Of a DNA stretch of 64,000 nucleotides, positions 24,086 through 37,450 are shown in pieces. This DNA is from Gracilinanus agilis. Taxonomy: Eukaryota. The stretch covers positions 68,605,626 through 68,669,625 of the forward strand of contig NC_058133.1 in assembly GCF_016433145.1 (NCBI RefSeq), given 5' to 3'. The translations under genes and the position numbers were made by a program. The notes under the pieces are model-generated. The model was not told the DNA's origin, made no database searches, and was given only the letters and a program-made list of their open reading frames with translations. Numbering within the stretch: the first letter of the stretch is position 1; each line of letters begins with the position of its first letter.

Positions 24086-27000
24086 GTGAGACCACTTTTT
24101 TATTGAACTTCATTTTAAGGAAATCTGTCAGCACCTATGCCTAGGAGAACCCCTTGTACCCCTGGACCAGGCTTGTAGTTTCTTCTGTTTTCTTCTCCTT
24201 TCCTACCCTACCTTGAAGGAATTGCTGAATGGCCATTATCCTTCTGGCCAAGGACTGCCAAGGGGCCCCCTCCTGAACCTGGTCCATGCCACTCCTTAAT
24301 TGGCAGGAGGGGATCCTAGCTCTGGAGGGCTGTATCCCAAAGGCTATTTGCTTAGAGCATGGAATCCTCTTCCAGGGTTTAACTCCATGTTAGCTAGTAT
24401 ATTCCTCTGGTTGCTACTGTAGATGATGAAGCAAAATGCACCCATGCTTGCTGTGAGGAGTTCTGTTATTCATGTACCTTAAAGCTGAATTTAAAAGCTA
24501 ACATTACAACTAAGCATCTGAAGGAGTAGCATCAAAGGTTATTTTCCATTTAATCGTTCTCTTTGGTTGCTAACTTGGATTTCCATTTTTGTCAGGGGGG
24601 AAATGTCCAAAAATACCTGGGCAGGATATAGTTCAAGGTGTTTTTACCTATTGGAACAACTGAAATGAGAATCTTTTAAATGATCTGAAGCTGGTATGTC
24701 ACAAATGGTACTGGGAAGTCAGACTTGCTCATCACTCATATTGCCAAATAAGAAAAAAAAATCATCCTTCATCCTCCCCACAAAGTTAAATTTAAATAGT
24801 AGCAACCGGTGATGCAGGGTTATTACCCATTTCTCTTCAGTGGTTTGGTAACTACACCTCACCACTGTTCTGTCATGCTTACAGTAGTTCTACACTGGTA
24901 ATTGGACCAGAGGAATTGAATCTGCCCATTTTGCTTGATAGAGTTTAATAGGATTCCAAATTGTTGGACTTGTGTTATTTTGGAATCCTTTCACTCCTAG
25001 TGTTATTTTCCTGAATTTCACCCATTTCTCAAACCCCTCCTCCCAGCCTGATTCATGTTGCTTTTGATTTAACTCTGCCCTTCTATCATCTACCTTGCTC
25101 TGAAGCTTTCTAGGTATATGATTAACAAACATATGGTGTTATATTTATTGAAAGGTGTATTTACCAGAATCCTGTACCTTGTGTATCTTGAGATGGAGAC
25201 ACTTGGTTTGATTTTCAGATTAGATAATTTTGATTTATTTTAATTCAGTAAGCATTTGGGAAACCACTTATATGCAAGGAAGGCTCTGTCTTACCTTTTA
25301 CTGTGTTGGGCATTTTGCAAGGATTTTTATCTGAGATGTGTGAAGAAAAAGAAACCAAAATGTGCAGTCTTGTGCTCAGTTCAGATCCACATTGACCAGT
25401 TAAATTTCTGTTTTCATGAACCTTAATTTTATAACTAAAGAGGAGATAGATTCATTGTTTTATTAGAAATATTTTTTAGAGAAGCTTTTTCAGGAACAAG
25501 CACCTTTGACATGAGCATCTCACATTTTGAAAACCGATCGAATTCTTGACATTCCACAGTGGGGAAAGGGAGTATTAGTATTTTGGATTTTTTAATATGT
25601 AACGAACTTCTCAAAAAGTATTTAAACTTTATGACCGTGTGGTCTTTGATGGTAGCTCTCCTGTCATTGCTTTCTGTTTTTGAAGATGTTATAAAGTAAA
25701 ATCTGTTTTTGAAGATGTTATAAAGTAAAACATAAGTTGATATTGGTAACCCTTCATATTGGTATCTGCCTTAGGAATAAAAACTTTCTTTAGTTGGCAT
25801 CAACCAGAAGTAACTTTTTGTAGAGCATAGTTTGGGCTTCAATCTGTAACTTTCAGAAGGAAGCCCATTCACATCACATTTTTCAGGTACAATAGGTTTG
25901 TCATTACCAGTTTGGAATATCTATGGGTGTAGTATCCATTTGGGTCATTTGAGGGTTTGGATACCAGCGATCTGGGGGATAGTGCCTTCTGTCATTATTA
26001 CATGTGAAAAGCTTATGAAAGGCATCTCTAGAACTATATATGTCTTGTCCACATAATTGCTCTTGAGAAAGATCAATGGGAGAACCATGTTACTTTTCAT
26101 TTTGAGAATCACATGTATATTTAGAAATATGACTTTGGTTTGGGTTATGTTGTTCCACTGAGTTGCTCTTCTTTATAACCTATGCCAGCGTGAGGTTCAG
26201 TTGTGCAGCCTTGTCTTATTGAACTGGCTAATGATGTGGGATCAAGGAAAGACCTATGAGGAATCCTACCACGTGCAGCATTGCGGTCTCTCTGCCATCA
26301 CAAGAGGACATGCACTCAAGTTTTTAGAAATTTACAATGAATCTTTCACTTTTCAATCATATTTTGAATATGAATGGGGAAGAAGTAAACTCCACTGAAA
26401 AAACCTATTTAATTATTTAAGGGATCCCATTCACTTTTGAAAAGCTAGAAGGGCAAGCTAAAATTGTTTTTTTTTAAATATGCATAGAATGTTGGGGAGT
26501 TAGTAATAGTTAAGGTAAGGTACTATATAGATTTATAGCTTTGAACTTTGTTCATTTTTCCCAGGTTGAACTTTGGAAGGATCCCATCACAAATACACTG
26601 AATTCTTGTATGTGGCTAAAGGATAGGCTATTAGAAAGATTAGCATCCTTTTAGACCTGGACCTTGAATTTGAGATTTCAGTGCATTACTTTTTAGAAAT
26701 GGGCCAAATGATGACTTTTAGACACCACTTGTAAGGAAAATAACATTAGATATTCCTTTTCATAAGAGAAGGTTCCTATGGGCAGACTCACCAAAATGTA
26801 TATGGCTGCCAAGTAATAAAATAAAAAATAGCAAAACCCCAAACAAACCCCATAGCCTATCTCCTCTACTGTGGTCCAGGCAGCTCCCTAGATGCTCACC
26901 AGTTTGGGGATAGTTCAGAAGAAAGAATTCTGTTCAGAAGAAAGAATTGAGGATGCTAGTTAACTTCTGTTAAAACTATGCTTTACGATAATTTCCAGAT

Positions 27001-30000
27001 TTTAACTGCCTCCCCCTGCCCCTGAATTAACCCTAGCAAAATAGAAAGCCCCTATGATTACTACTATAACTCCCCATCCCCAGAAAAAAGTCTAAAAGTA
27101 TAATTGGGATAAAGATGGAGAGAGGAATCATTAAGTTTTTTTTAAAAACCTATATATTTAAAAATAACCTTCTATTAAATTAAACCAAGAATTTGCTGTG
27201 CTTATCAGAATTTAGAATATTACTACTTGAAGTGAATTCAGAATTTATATGTATTATCTTTTGATGCTTTGCTATTTATCATTGTAAAAACCTGACACTC
27301 AATTCAGTTTTTAAGTGGAAAAAACACATTAAAAATAGTGTGTGAAGTGGCACATGGCCATAGTTACATGCCTTGTGGCAAGTAAGAATTAGAAGAAAGT
27401 TTAATTCCACCTTTTTTTCCCCCAAAGATTGCCAATTTTGCACCTGTATTTATGTGCCTTTGTTGATCCTCTATCAATTAAGATTGATTTGTCTAGTGTG
27501 AAAATTTTTTGTAAAAAGTTGGAAAAAATCATATTAATAAATTCCAGAATCCTGTATCCTTTCTTCTAAACAGGGCTATCCCAAATCTGGCAAGCCTCTA
27601 GGGAGTTGCTTGGGCCATAGTAGAGAAGATGGGTTTGTAATTTTGTTTTTGCTATTTTTTTATTTTATTACTTGGCAGCCATATATATTTTGGTGAGTTT
27701 GCCCAAAGAACCTTCTCTTATGAAAAGGAATTAAAAGCATATTCATAAGTATAATTTTAACCTGTAGATATAAATTAAGAGTCCTTTTCCTCCCCTAGAT
27801 AGGTAACTATAGCAAGTCCCTTATACTAGTGTTAAAATTACAAATGTAATTAAATCCTTCCTTAGTTCTTTACCAGTTGAATGAATGAATATGCACATAT
27901 TTATTAAATACCTAAAATTTTCCCAGTCCAGACACTGGAGATACAATATCTTTCCCCAAAGGGTTTTCATTGTACTAGACTCGGGATACAACACAGGGTA
28001 ACAAGGAATCAGGGAAGAGAGTTTTGGAAGTCAAAGACATGAGTGGAATGTATGGATAGTTGTTATCATAGCCTTTTTCTTATCAGTGATAACAGTGCTT
28101 CGATTATTCTTCTTCAAGTTAGATCTTGTAAATAACATAATGCCCACAGTGAATAGACCTTGGTTTTCTGGTATATGACAGGATAGAATCTGAGACATAA
28201 ACTGGTTCTGGCTTCATAGAATATATCAAATAAGTTTGGATACCCTTATCCACCATCAAACTTTCCAGGATAGTTTAGCAGCAGGATAGAAAGCCAAAGC
28301 TAGGTGAGTTTGCTCTTCCATTTGGGAAGGAGTTCTCTGGAGGTCTAGAGGCTCCATCACCATAGTGGAAGCCAGTGAATTGATGTTTCATTTCAGTAAT
28401 ATTTCTTAATATCTAAAGTGCAATGCATACTTTACAAATGCCTTATTGACCTTAAAAAGACTAGAACTGAAAAAAGAAGAGGATAATAGAAGCTACTACC
28501 CTTCTATATCCACTATTGTCACCTCTATCATAATCCAAGCAACCCTTTAGATACTCATTGGGTTTGGGATAGCTGTGTTCAGAAGATAGACTAAAATTGC
28601 CCAAGATGAAAGGAGACACTCGGAATTAATTTGTAAGGCATTTTTTTTTTTTTTGCAAAATTTCGTTTTAAATGCATTAAGCTTTAGGGGAAGGACTACT
28701 AGGTGGAATGACTTATTACTTAAAAGGGATCCACTGATGAAACCTGTTGTGAAACAGTATTTTTATGGAGTGAATAACAATCGCCTTTCTCTCTGGTGAA
28801 TATAGAATTGGATCTCTAAAAAACAAAGAACCCCATATGTTTGTATATTCTCATTTTAGATGATGCTCAGCAAATGAACCATGAGGAAATTAATGTCCTT
28901 CTTGCTTTCTCTTGCTCCTTTTAAACACATTTTTCTATTTCAATTTATAACATATCACAGTGATGTAGAGACATGCTATCTTGTCTACATTAAGGACTTG
29001 TCTTAGATTAGTCCATTATTCTACTCATAGGCCTGCACATAGAAAGCACATAATAATAATAATAATAACAAATGCTTATTGCTTTATTTCATGTGTAATT
29101 TCTACTTAAATGTAGGAAAGGGTAGCATTTGAAACTCTCATTGTTAATTACTCCATCATATCACTATTTGATGCCAGATTAGTGAAAAGTTTCTAATTAT
29201 CTGCAAGAGCAAACACAGCCCTGGATCCTGTAATAAGAGTAAATAAAACATCTCTCAATTACTTTGACCTTCCTGTTATTCTTGTTGAGTTTTTTTAGGG
29301 CATAGGAACAGAAAGAGATGTAAGCATTTTCCATCTGTGATTTTAAAGTGTGTTACAAAATCATAATAGACTTTTTCTATATCCTGGAAGTGGAAAGAAA
29401 CTACTACATTTTCTCCTTTACTAGAAATGCCCTTAGTTTGGGTTGGCATTTTATCTTTTATTAACATTCTTTAGCAAATAAAAATACCTTGGAAAATGGG
29501 GAAATGAGTGGGGCCCCACTTTTTTTTTCACTTTAGAGCACAAATACACGCAATGAAAATGTTCCCAGGTGCTATCCTGGGGGGAAATGTAGACAAATCC
29601 TAATTAAATATTCCGTTTTGAAGAATATTTTTAATCCATTTCCCTTCCTATGATGACAATAAAGAGAAAGCAATAATCTAAGAATCAACACATCCTGTTT
29701 GGGTTTTTGTATTTAGTTGCTGAAATATCAGCCTATATGTTTTAAGGGATATGTTTTAAAGCTCAGATGTTATTATCAGAGTAAACCAAGTATAATAAAT
29801 ATTTATTTGCTGATTTGATTAATATTAATTCTCATATTATAGTAAAATTAATTTTTTTCCTGATAAGAATGACACCTGTTGCCACAGTTGGTACATTACT
29901 AATTATTACACAAATGCTACCATCTCCAAGGATCCTTTCTCATTCAGTCTATCTTCCAGTGCCTTCCCCTATAAGGTTATTTTTCATCCATTCTACATCT

Positions 30001-30019
30001 TATATATACACCAATTTAA

Positions 30020-30260
30020 GCAGCTTGGTGGTACAAAGGATAGAGTGTTAGACCTAGAGCCAGTAAGACCTGGGTTCAAATTCTACTTCAGACATTTAAT
30101 GAACCATGTGACCCTGGGAAACTCAGCCTCTCAGCCTAGGTTTCTTCATCTGGAAAAGGATAGTGATGGTTTCTATTTGGCAGGGTTGTTACAATTACAA
30201 GAATTGAATGAGATATTATATGTAAGACACTTTGTAAACATTTAAGTACATGTATGCTAT
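30020..30260 (+). mobile_element. MIR
   Basis: MIR head, CORE and tail (...tatatgtaagacactttgtaaac). Confidence 0.8.
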
Positions 30261-30403
30261 CATCATCACCATCATTTTTATTCTCTCCTCCTTTATAATA
30301 TAAACTCCTTGAGGACAGGAACTGGTTTTGCTTTTATCATATTTCTAGTGCCTGGTATATAGGGTATTATTCATTGATTGGGCTAGAAAGCCATTATTGT
30401 TTT

Positions 30404-30594
30404 TTTTAACCCTTATATTTCATCTTAGAATCAAAACTGTGTATTGGTTCCAAGGAAGAAAAGTGGTAAGGTCCAGGCAATGGGAGTTAAATGATTTGCC
30501 TAAGTTCACATAACTAGAAAGTGTCTGAGGCCAGATTTGAATTCCCCTATCTCTAAGCCTGGCTCTCAATCCATTGAGCCACCCTGCTGCCCCT
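30404..30594 (-). mobile_element. SINE1-type SINE
   Basis: TSD CATTATTGTTTT at 30392-30403 and 30595-30606. Confidence 0.88.
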
Positions 30595-31169
30595 CATTAT
30601 TGTTTTGAGAGCTATTTTTATGAGTCCTAACAGGAGAATTGAGTTCCAAACAATTTGTGTTTCTTTTTGGCACTCTAGTTTATACTTGGATGGATCTATA
30701 ATGTCATTGGTTTGGTTACTTCATCTACTAATAGAAATTGGAACCTCTCCATACCTTCATAACGTATGTGATTCTTATTCAGATCTTTGTATAAATCCTC
30801 CATGGAAGAACTGTGCAACATGTTTGAGACTGTTTCCTGGCTCTCTTAATGTCTTTGAGGGGTACCATTGTAGCTCCGCTCCTGTCATCTGATTCTCACT
30901 GGTTTCTATCTCCTTTTCCTTTAATATATAGAAAACACTGTGACTTAGATTAAAGCTCAGCTCTAGAGTTTATAAGCCCTTTCGCAGACTGAAATATTTA
31001 TTTGATGTCACTTCATTATATATTTGGCATTGTACCTAAACCAATCAAGAATGGTTTACTGAAGTATTACTTCTTTAAAGGGGAGGAGGCATCCCAGATC
31101 CAGACTAGGTTGGAACATGGAAAGTTAACTCCTTAAGACTTTTCAGTTAATCTACTCACATAGTAATAA

Positions 31170-31380
31170 TATGAGAGACAGAGACAGAGACAGAGAGAAA
31201 GACAGAGAGAAACAGAGAAAAAGAGAAAGATAGAGACAGCAGAGGAGAGAAAGACAGACAGAGACAGGAAGAGAGAGACAGAAAGACAGAGATAGCAGAG
31301 TCACAAAGAAAGACAGAGAGACAGAGACAGACAGACAAAGAAAGAAATAAAGACACAGAGAGAGAGAGCCAATAGAGCAA
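31170..31380. repeat. GA/GACA-rich simple repeat
   Basis: Seen directly in the sequence. Confidence 0.9.
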
Positions 31381-31439
31381 ACAAGCAAGCATGCACTTAT
31401 CAGCTTATTATGTGTCAGGCTCTGTGTTAAGCAGTGGAG

Positions 31440-32255
31440 ATACAGTACCAGGACAGCTGGGTAGCCCAGAGAATGGAGTGCCAGGCCTGAGGTCAGGAGG
31501 ATCTGGTTTCAAATCTGGTCACAGACACTTCCTAGCTATGTGGCTCTGGGTCACTTACCCAGTTACCTGGCTCTTGCCACTTCTTTATCTCAGAACTGGT
31601 ACTAAGACAGAAAATAAAGGTTTAAAAATAAAAAGTATTGGAGATACAAATAATATATAGCTGAGGCACTTAGGTATTACAGTGTGTAAAATACTGGGAA
31701 TGGAGCCAGACTTGAGTTCAAATCCATTCTCAGACACTTTTTAGCTGTGTGATCCTGGACAAGTCACTTAATCTCTGACTCAGTTTCTTTATCTATAAAA
31801 TGGGGATAATAATAGCATCTACTTACCAGGATTGCTGTCAGGATCAAATGAGATAATTGTAAAGTGCTTAGCACAGTTTTGGTGTTATAGAGATGTTAGT
31901 TATTTGTATCATCATCATCATTATCATCATCATCATCATCATCAAATAAAAGCAAGCAAGACAATTCTTGCCCTCAACTTTTCTTCTTCTTCCTCCTCTT
32001 TTTCCTCCTCCTCCCTCTCCTCCCCATCCTCCTGTTTCTCCTCCTCTTCCCTTTCCCTTTCCCTTCCATATGAGAGTCAATATTGTGTATTGGTTCCAAG
32101 GCAGAAAAGACAGAAGAGTAGTAAGGGCAAGGCAATGGGGGCTTAGTGATTTGCCCAGGGTCACCCAGCTAGGAGGTGTTTGAGACCAGATTTGAGCCCA
32201 GGACCTCCTGTCACCAGGCCTGGCTCTCAATCCACTGAACCACCTAGCTGCCCTG
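31440..32255. mobile_element. SINE cluster (SINE1-type +, MIR/MAR +, SINE1-type -) with (CAT)n and (TCC)n tracts
   Basis: CORE motifs in both orientations. Microsatellites at about 31908-31942 and 31980-32065. Confidence 0.8.
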
Positions 32256-33644
32256 CTCCTTATATTTTCAATGGGAAAATTCAACAAACTCATAAAATTG
32301 GTGGAAAGTGGGTCAAGGAACATATTGTGAAGAAGTGCAGTTATGGTGGCCACGTTGTAGGAATGGCCAGGAAGTATCTTGGAATCTGGCTAGATTAAGC
32401 AGAAATCACCTATCAGAGCCAGAGATACAGGAACGAAGCCCAGAGTTTCATGGTGGGAGGGCAGTGAGGATATGAACCAGGGAGCAAATGACATAATATA
32501 GATTCAAAAAACAAAAATTAAAAAAAGAAATTGCACCAGAAAGTACCTAAAAATAAGGACTCTAGCCTTTCTTTTCTCTTAGTTTATTTCCTCCTTTCCT
32601 CTGTTTGCCTCAATTTCCTCATCAGTAAAGAGGGAATGATAATTGTACCTACCGCTTGGGGTTTTGTGGGGATCAAATGAGATAATAATTAGGCAAACAG
32701 ATGAGCACTGAGAGAGCAGGAAAGGGCTATTCTAGAGACAAATATAGCTTTCATTCCTTTTATTTGCTTGAAGAACAAATCTCTAGGGGCATGATGTATG
32801 GTAAAATGTATGGTGTATGGGAATGGAATATGGATACCCCAAGCAACTTTCAAGATAGCACAGAGGCTGATATTTGGGTTAGGGAGGGACTCTGTGGTGC
32901 CAAAGTTCAATCCAATCCAATATCCATTTAGTGGTCGCCAGCAATGATAGCTTCCAAATGGGATATGTTGAAGAGGTGACAACCAAGATGGTGCTACAAC
33001 ACTCCCAACTACCTCTGATTCCTGCCATGAGTATCATGGAGCAATGAGTGCAAGGTCAGATGTCGGCTTAAGCTTAATTTTCTGTGGCCACCACTGTTAC
33101 TAACTCTGCTCTCTGCTGACAAGATTAGAGTTATAAAATCCTGCCCAATATTAATAGCAATTGAATTTTTATTGGTTTCAGTTAAACATTACTGTAAATG
33201 GAAATGATGGGTGGGAAGGAGCAGGAATTCAGAAGAATTCATTGCAAGAATAGTAATAATAGCAGAGTTACTGGGTGCCAGTCATACCCTGCTAAGGGCA
33301 GGAGCATGCCTTTCAAACAAAGGCTTTAAGGTAGTAAATTTTACCTGTGTTTATCATGGCATTAAAGTGACAAAATATTCTACTTAACACATAGTCTTAT
33401 GATTTCCAGTCTCCATGTTTTTATTTTTTATTTCTTTACTCATTCTTTCTCTTTATTTAAACAGCCATCAACTACTTTTAGGGACATATTTTCTTTTGAC
33501 TTATATATCCTCCATCTAAACCTTAACATATTCACACCATTTGAAATGAAAATTACTTATGTTATCATAAAGAAGCATTTTCAGTATTAAAGTATAAAAA
33601 CCTATTTTTGTCACTAGATGTTAATTTTCTTTCAGAGCAGTGAG

Positions 33645-33790
33645 GTGATATAGTAGACAGAGTTCTGGACCCAGAGTGACTCTTCCTAGCTGTGTGACTC
33701 TGGGCAAGTCACTTAACCCCAATTGCCTACCCCTAAACACTCTTCTGCCTTGGAACCATTACTTGTATCAATTCTACCATAGAAAGTGAT
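33645..33790 (+). mobile_element. SINE1-type SINE
   Basis: CORE motif ctagctgtgtgactctgggcaagtcacttaacc. Confidence 0.75.
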
Positions 33791-34177
33791 TTAAAAATGC
33801 CTCTCCCAGCCCACCCCTCTCCTAGAATTAGAGATTAACCTTAAAATACCATGTCCTCTTTGTAAGATATTTTTCTTTACTTAGAACCTCTGTCTGGGTA
33901 AACTTTTGGAGGATGAACTTTCCTAGCCTTCATCTGTCATAGGATAAGCATGTTAATTTGATAGCACCTTCTCATATAGCTTCTTTGAATGGGATTTCTT
34001 GGTATGCAACCAGTTTTAGCTTATGGCAGAGAAGATAGGATAGGCATGATTTCCCACCTCAATGGCTTTAGAACCATTGTATCATTGACTTTATTCAGGA
34101 AAATAAATCTTGCCTTTATAATTGTTATCATAAATATAAGCAAAAATATCATGATCTTCCTTGGAAATGTGTTACAG

Positions 34178-34306
34178 ACATCCAAGGAAGACCTTCTGCA
34201 GGCTGACTTCGAAGGTGCTTTAAAGTTTTTCAGAGTCCAGCTTCCAAAGAGGTACAGGGCAGAAGAAAATGCCCGGAGGTTGATGGAACAAGCATGTAAC
34301 ATCAAG
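34178..34306 (+). CDS. RABGAP1L: RABGAP1L internal coding exon (43 aa; C-terminal end of the TBC/Rab-GAP domain)
   Basis: Acceptor gttacAG at 34176-77, donor AAG|GTAAGA at 34307, 129 nt, phase 0/0. Translation TSKEDLLQADFEGALKFFRVQLPKRYRAEENARRLMEQACNIK is recognisable RABGAP1L sequence. Confidence 0.96.
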
Positions 34307-37084
34307 GTAAGATGATTGTTTCATTTCTTGACTTCCACAAGTAATGTGTATTTGATGAATAAAGGTGGAATCTGAAGAACAGCAAGAAGACGTGAAAAAA
34401 AACTATTAAGTCATTCTTCTGCGTGTTGTGGGTTTTGCCAGGATTAGTGAAGAAAAAACATGTTACATTTTGCCTTGGATTTCTGATGGTCTGCTTTGTC
34501 ATAATAGGATGTACTTATTTTTAGTGTGAAGGATATATGTCATGAAACCACTTAGATTCTTAAAGAGATTTCTCTCAGGTTGGTGGATATATGTGAAGGA
34601 CAGCAGGTCCAGCTAGTAACAACAGGAAATCAAAGAGTTGCCCAAAAGGTTAGGGTCTTGAATGGGTTGCTGTGATGGTGGTTTCCATAGCAGCAGATTT
34701 GATATTCTGCTTTCACCATCTGGCTTTACATTGTTCAGGGCAACCCAAAAAGAGCATGCCTATGCAGTTCTTTCCCTTCTGTGAAGATCTAAAAACATTT
34801 GAACATCTATTCTTCTGACCTCTACCTCCATCTGTCTCATATACATTGAAATTATTGCAAGCACATTGATCTGGGAAAGCTGATGAAATTTAAAAACATT
34901 AACACTGTATTTTAAACCTGGGCTAGAAAGAATTTCACATTTTTATCTGTCTAGATATTTGTAGTATTGAGTGACAATAAGGATGAGGATGAATTCCTGA
35001 GGACAGTGAAGTTCATGCCTTGAACTTTAAATAATCAGACCTCAAGACCTCACTCTCTGCCTCTCTATAAGATGTGCCTGATTTTCTATCTGTTATATAT
35101 TCCATGAGGTTTTGTTTTTTTTTAATAAAGTATCATAGAATATTCATCCTTGAGAGATTTTAGAGGTCATGTCACTCTTTTTTTACTATACGGCTTTACA
35201 CAGACATAGTGAGGATTTATATATATGTATATATATACATATATATAAATCTATATGTTTATAAATCTACACACAAATATATCCACACCAATACATGCAT
35301 AAAAGATGTCCTAAAAAACTTAGAAAGTTAGGACTGTAGGACTTTTGGATCTCTAATATGTCAATTGCTGTTTCTACTTTATTAATTTCACCTCAAATTA
35401 AATAAATATCCTTTGTTTCTAACAATTCATTGCCCGTTTAATTTGATCACTTTCTACTTTTAAGTCTTTAGTACTTCTGATTGCAAACCATCTTCATCTT
35501 CTTGACCTGTGAAATTCTCGTACAGATATTCCCATCATCCTCTAAAGGCTTTGAGGTCTCCCTGTAGGTCTTTGGATGTTCCCTAGGTACCACTGTAGCT
35601 CTTGTGTTGTCTCATCTAATGTGATACTTTTTGTACCCAAATTATCATTAACAAAATATTGCAACTTGTGTATACCTACCTTACATCTCTCTTTGGGTCA
35701 ACTATAGTTTCAATTCTTTGGGGATAATGAAGAATATCATATGGGGGATGAAAGAAAGCATTTATCTCAAAGGTGAAAGGGTAGGAAATAAAAGGCTACT
35801 GGTAAGAATTTTTAAAAGGTATGTTTTCAAAGGAAATTTCCTCCCACCCCCAAGGGATAGAGGATTAAAGAGACTAAAAGACTAAGAATGTCTATCCAGC
35901 CTTGGTGAAGCTGCAGGGAACTACTTTTTCATCATAGAACTGATGAGTGTTTATAGGGAGCCAAGGTAGCCAATGATTGCCAAAGGGAGAAAAATAGGAT
36001 TCACAGGTATAAATAATAAAAGTTGTAGAACTGACCTAAAATATGGTTTGAAAAGAACATTCCAAAAGTACATGTGTTAAATGAAAGCTGGGTGATTTAA
36101 TTATAATTAATCATAAATAGGATTGTTGTGGTTATACTTTTTCCTCAAAGTTATTTGGAGCACTTCCCACAGTACTTTTCTTTTTCCTTGTAAGATCCAC
36201 AAAAGATGGTCAGATGGGGAAATTGAGGCAGGGAAAATGTAAGTATCCTATCGTAATCAGGAAGAGAGCTGAGCCTGGAAACTCTTGTCTCCTGACTTTT
36301 GCTTGATTATGTGGGATCGAGGTGCTACAACTTGGAGAAGATGTGAAGAGCAGAAACACTTAGATAGGTAAGAATGAGAGTCAAAATATCACCAATACAG
36401 TGGTATATGCCAGAGATTTTAAAAGAAATTATGATTACTTTTTAAGAAGAGGGTATATGATAGGCAGGCAGCTTGGTATAATGGAAAGAACCATGGTAAG
36501 AGAGTAAAAAGATCTGAGTTCTAGTTGTAGCTTTATAGTAGCCTTCTGACCTGATTAAGTAATTTGATTTCCTCAACCTTTGGTTCTCCATCTGTAAAAT
36601 AAGGATGATTATAATACAGAACTTACTTCTAAGGTTTTCTTAAGGTCGAAGTGGGTTAATATATGTAAAAAGAACATCATAAAACTTAAAGTCATATAAA
36701 AATGTCAGCTTGTCATTAGAGATCCAGAATAAAGATGATGTCATCATTGTAAGTAGACAACTGTTTTGATTATCAAATTCCTTATTTTCAGCCTATTTAA
36801 GATTAGTATCAGGATTTCCATAAAAAATAACCTTAGAAATCACCTGATTTAACTCCCTCATATTAGGGGTTGTGAAATAAAAGTAATAAGTAAAACTACC
36901 ATCCAGAGACTTGCTTAGGAAGTTAGTTTTTAATTAAAATTATTTCTTTCATCATAGGAAAAGTCAGAGGAAAATTGGCTTTCTCAAAGTAAAATTATAA
37001 ATTTTCACGGCCAACTTCTTTGTATACACGTTTTATTAATAACCCAGTCCTAGTTCATTGTAAGCAAAGAATATCCTATTCTGG

Positions 37085-37420
37085 GGATAGCTAGGTGGCT
37101 CAGTGGATAGAGAGCCAGGCCTGGAGAGAAGTGATCTTGGGTTCAAATCTGACCTCAGGGGGCAGCTGGGTAGCTCAGTGGATTGAGAGTCAGGCCTAGA
37201 GGCAGGAGGTCCTAGGTTCAACTCTGGCCTCAGACACTTCCCAGCTGTGTGACCCTGGGCAAGTCACTTGACCCCCATTGCCCACCCTTACCACTCTTCC
37301 ACCTAGGAGCCAATACACAGAAGTTAAGGGTTTAAAAAAAAAAATCTGACCTCAAACTCTTCCTACCTGTGTGACCCTGAACAAGTCACTTAACCCCCAT
37401 TGCCTAACCCTTACTTCTGC
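37085..37420 (+). mobile_element. SINE nested in a SINE (inner copy 37158-37341)
   Basis: TSD AAATCTGACCTCA at 37145-37157 and 37342-37354. The outer element resumes after it. Confidence 0.92.
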
Positions 37421-37450
37421 CATATATATATATATATACATATATATGTA

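Noticed and set aside
29507-29520. 14-bp palindrome AGTGGGGCCCCACT
   Set aside because: Several palindromes of this length are expected by chance in 64 kb.
31152-32353. Low-complexity ORFs (LS-rich, poly-H, poly-S/G)
   Set aside because: Translations of microsatellites and SINEs.
33989-34177. Upstream extension of the exon ORF (MGFLGMQPVLAYG...)
   Set aside because: Open intronic frame before a clear acceptor at 34177, with no protein-like character.
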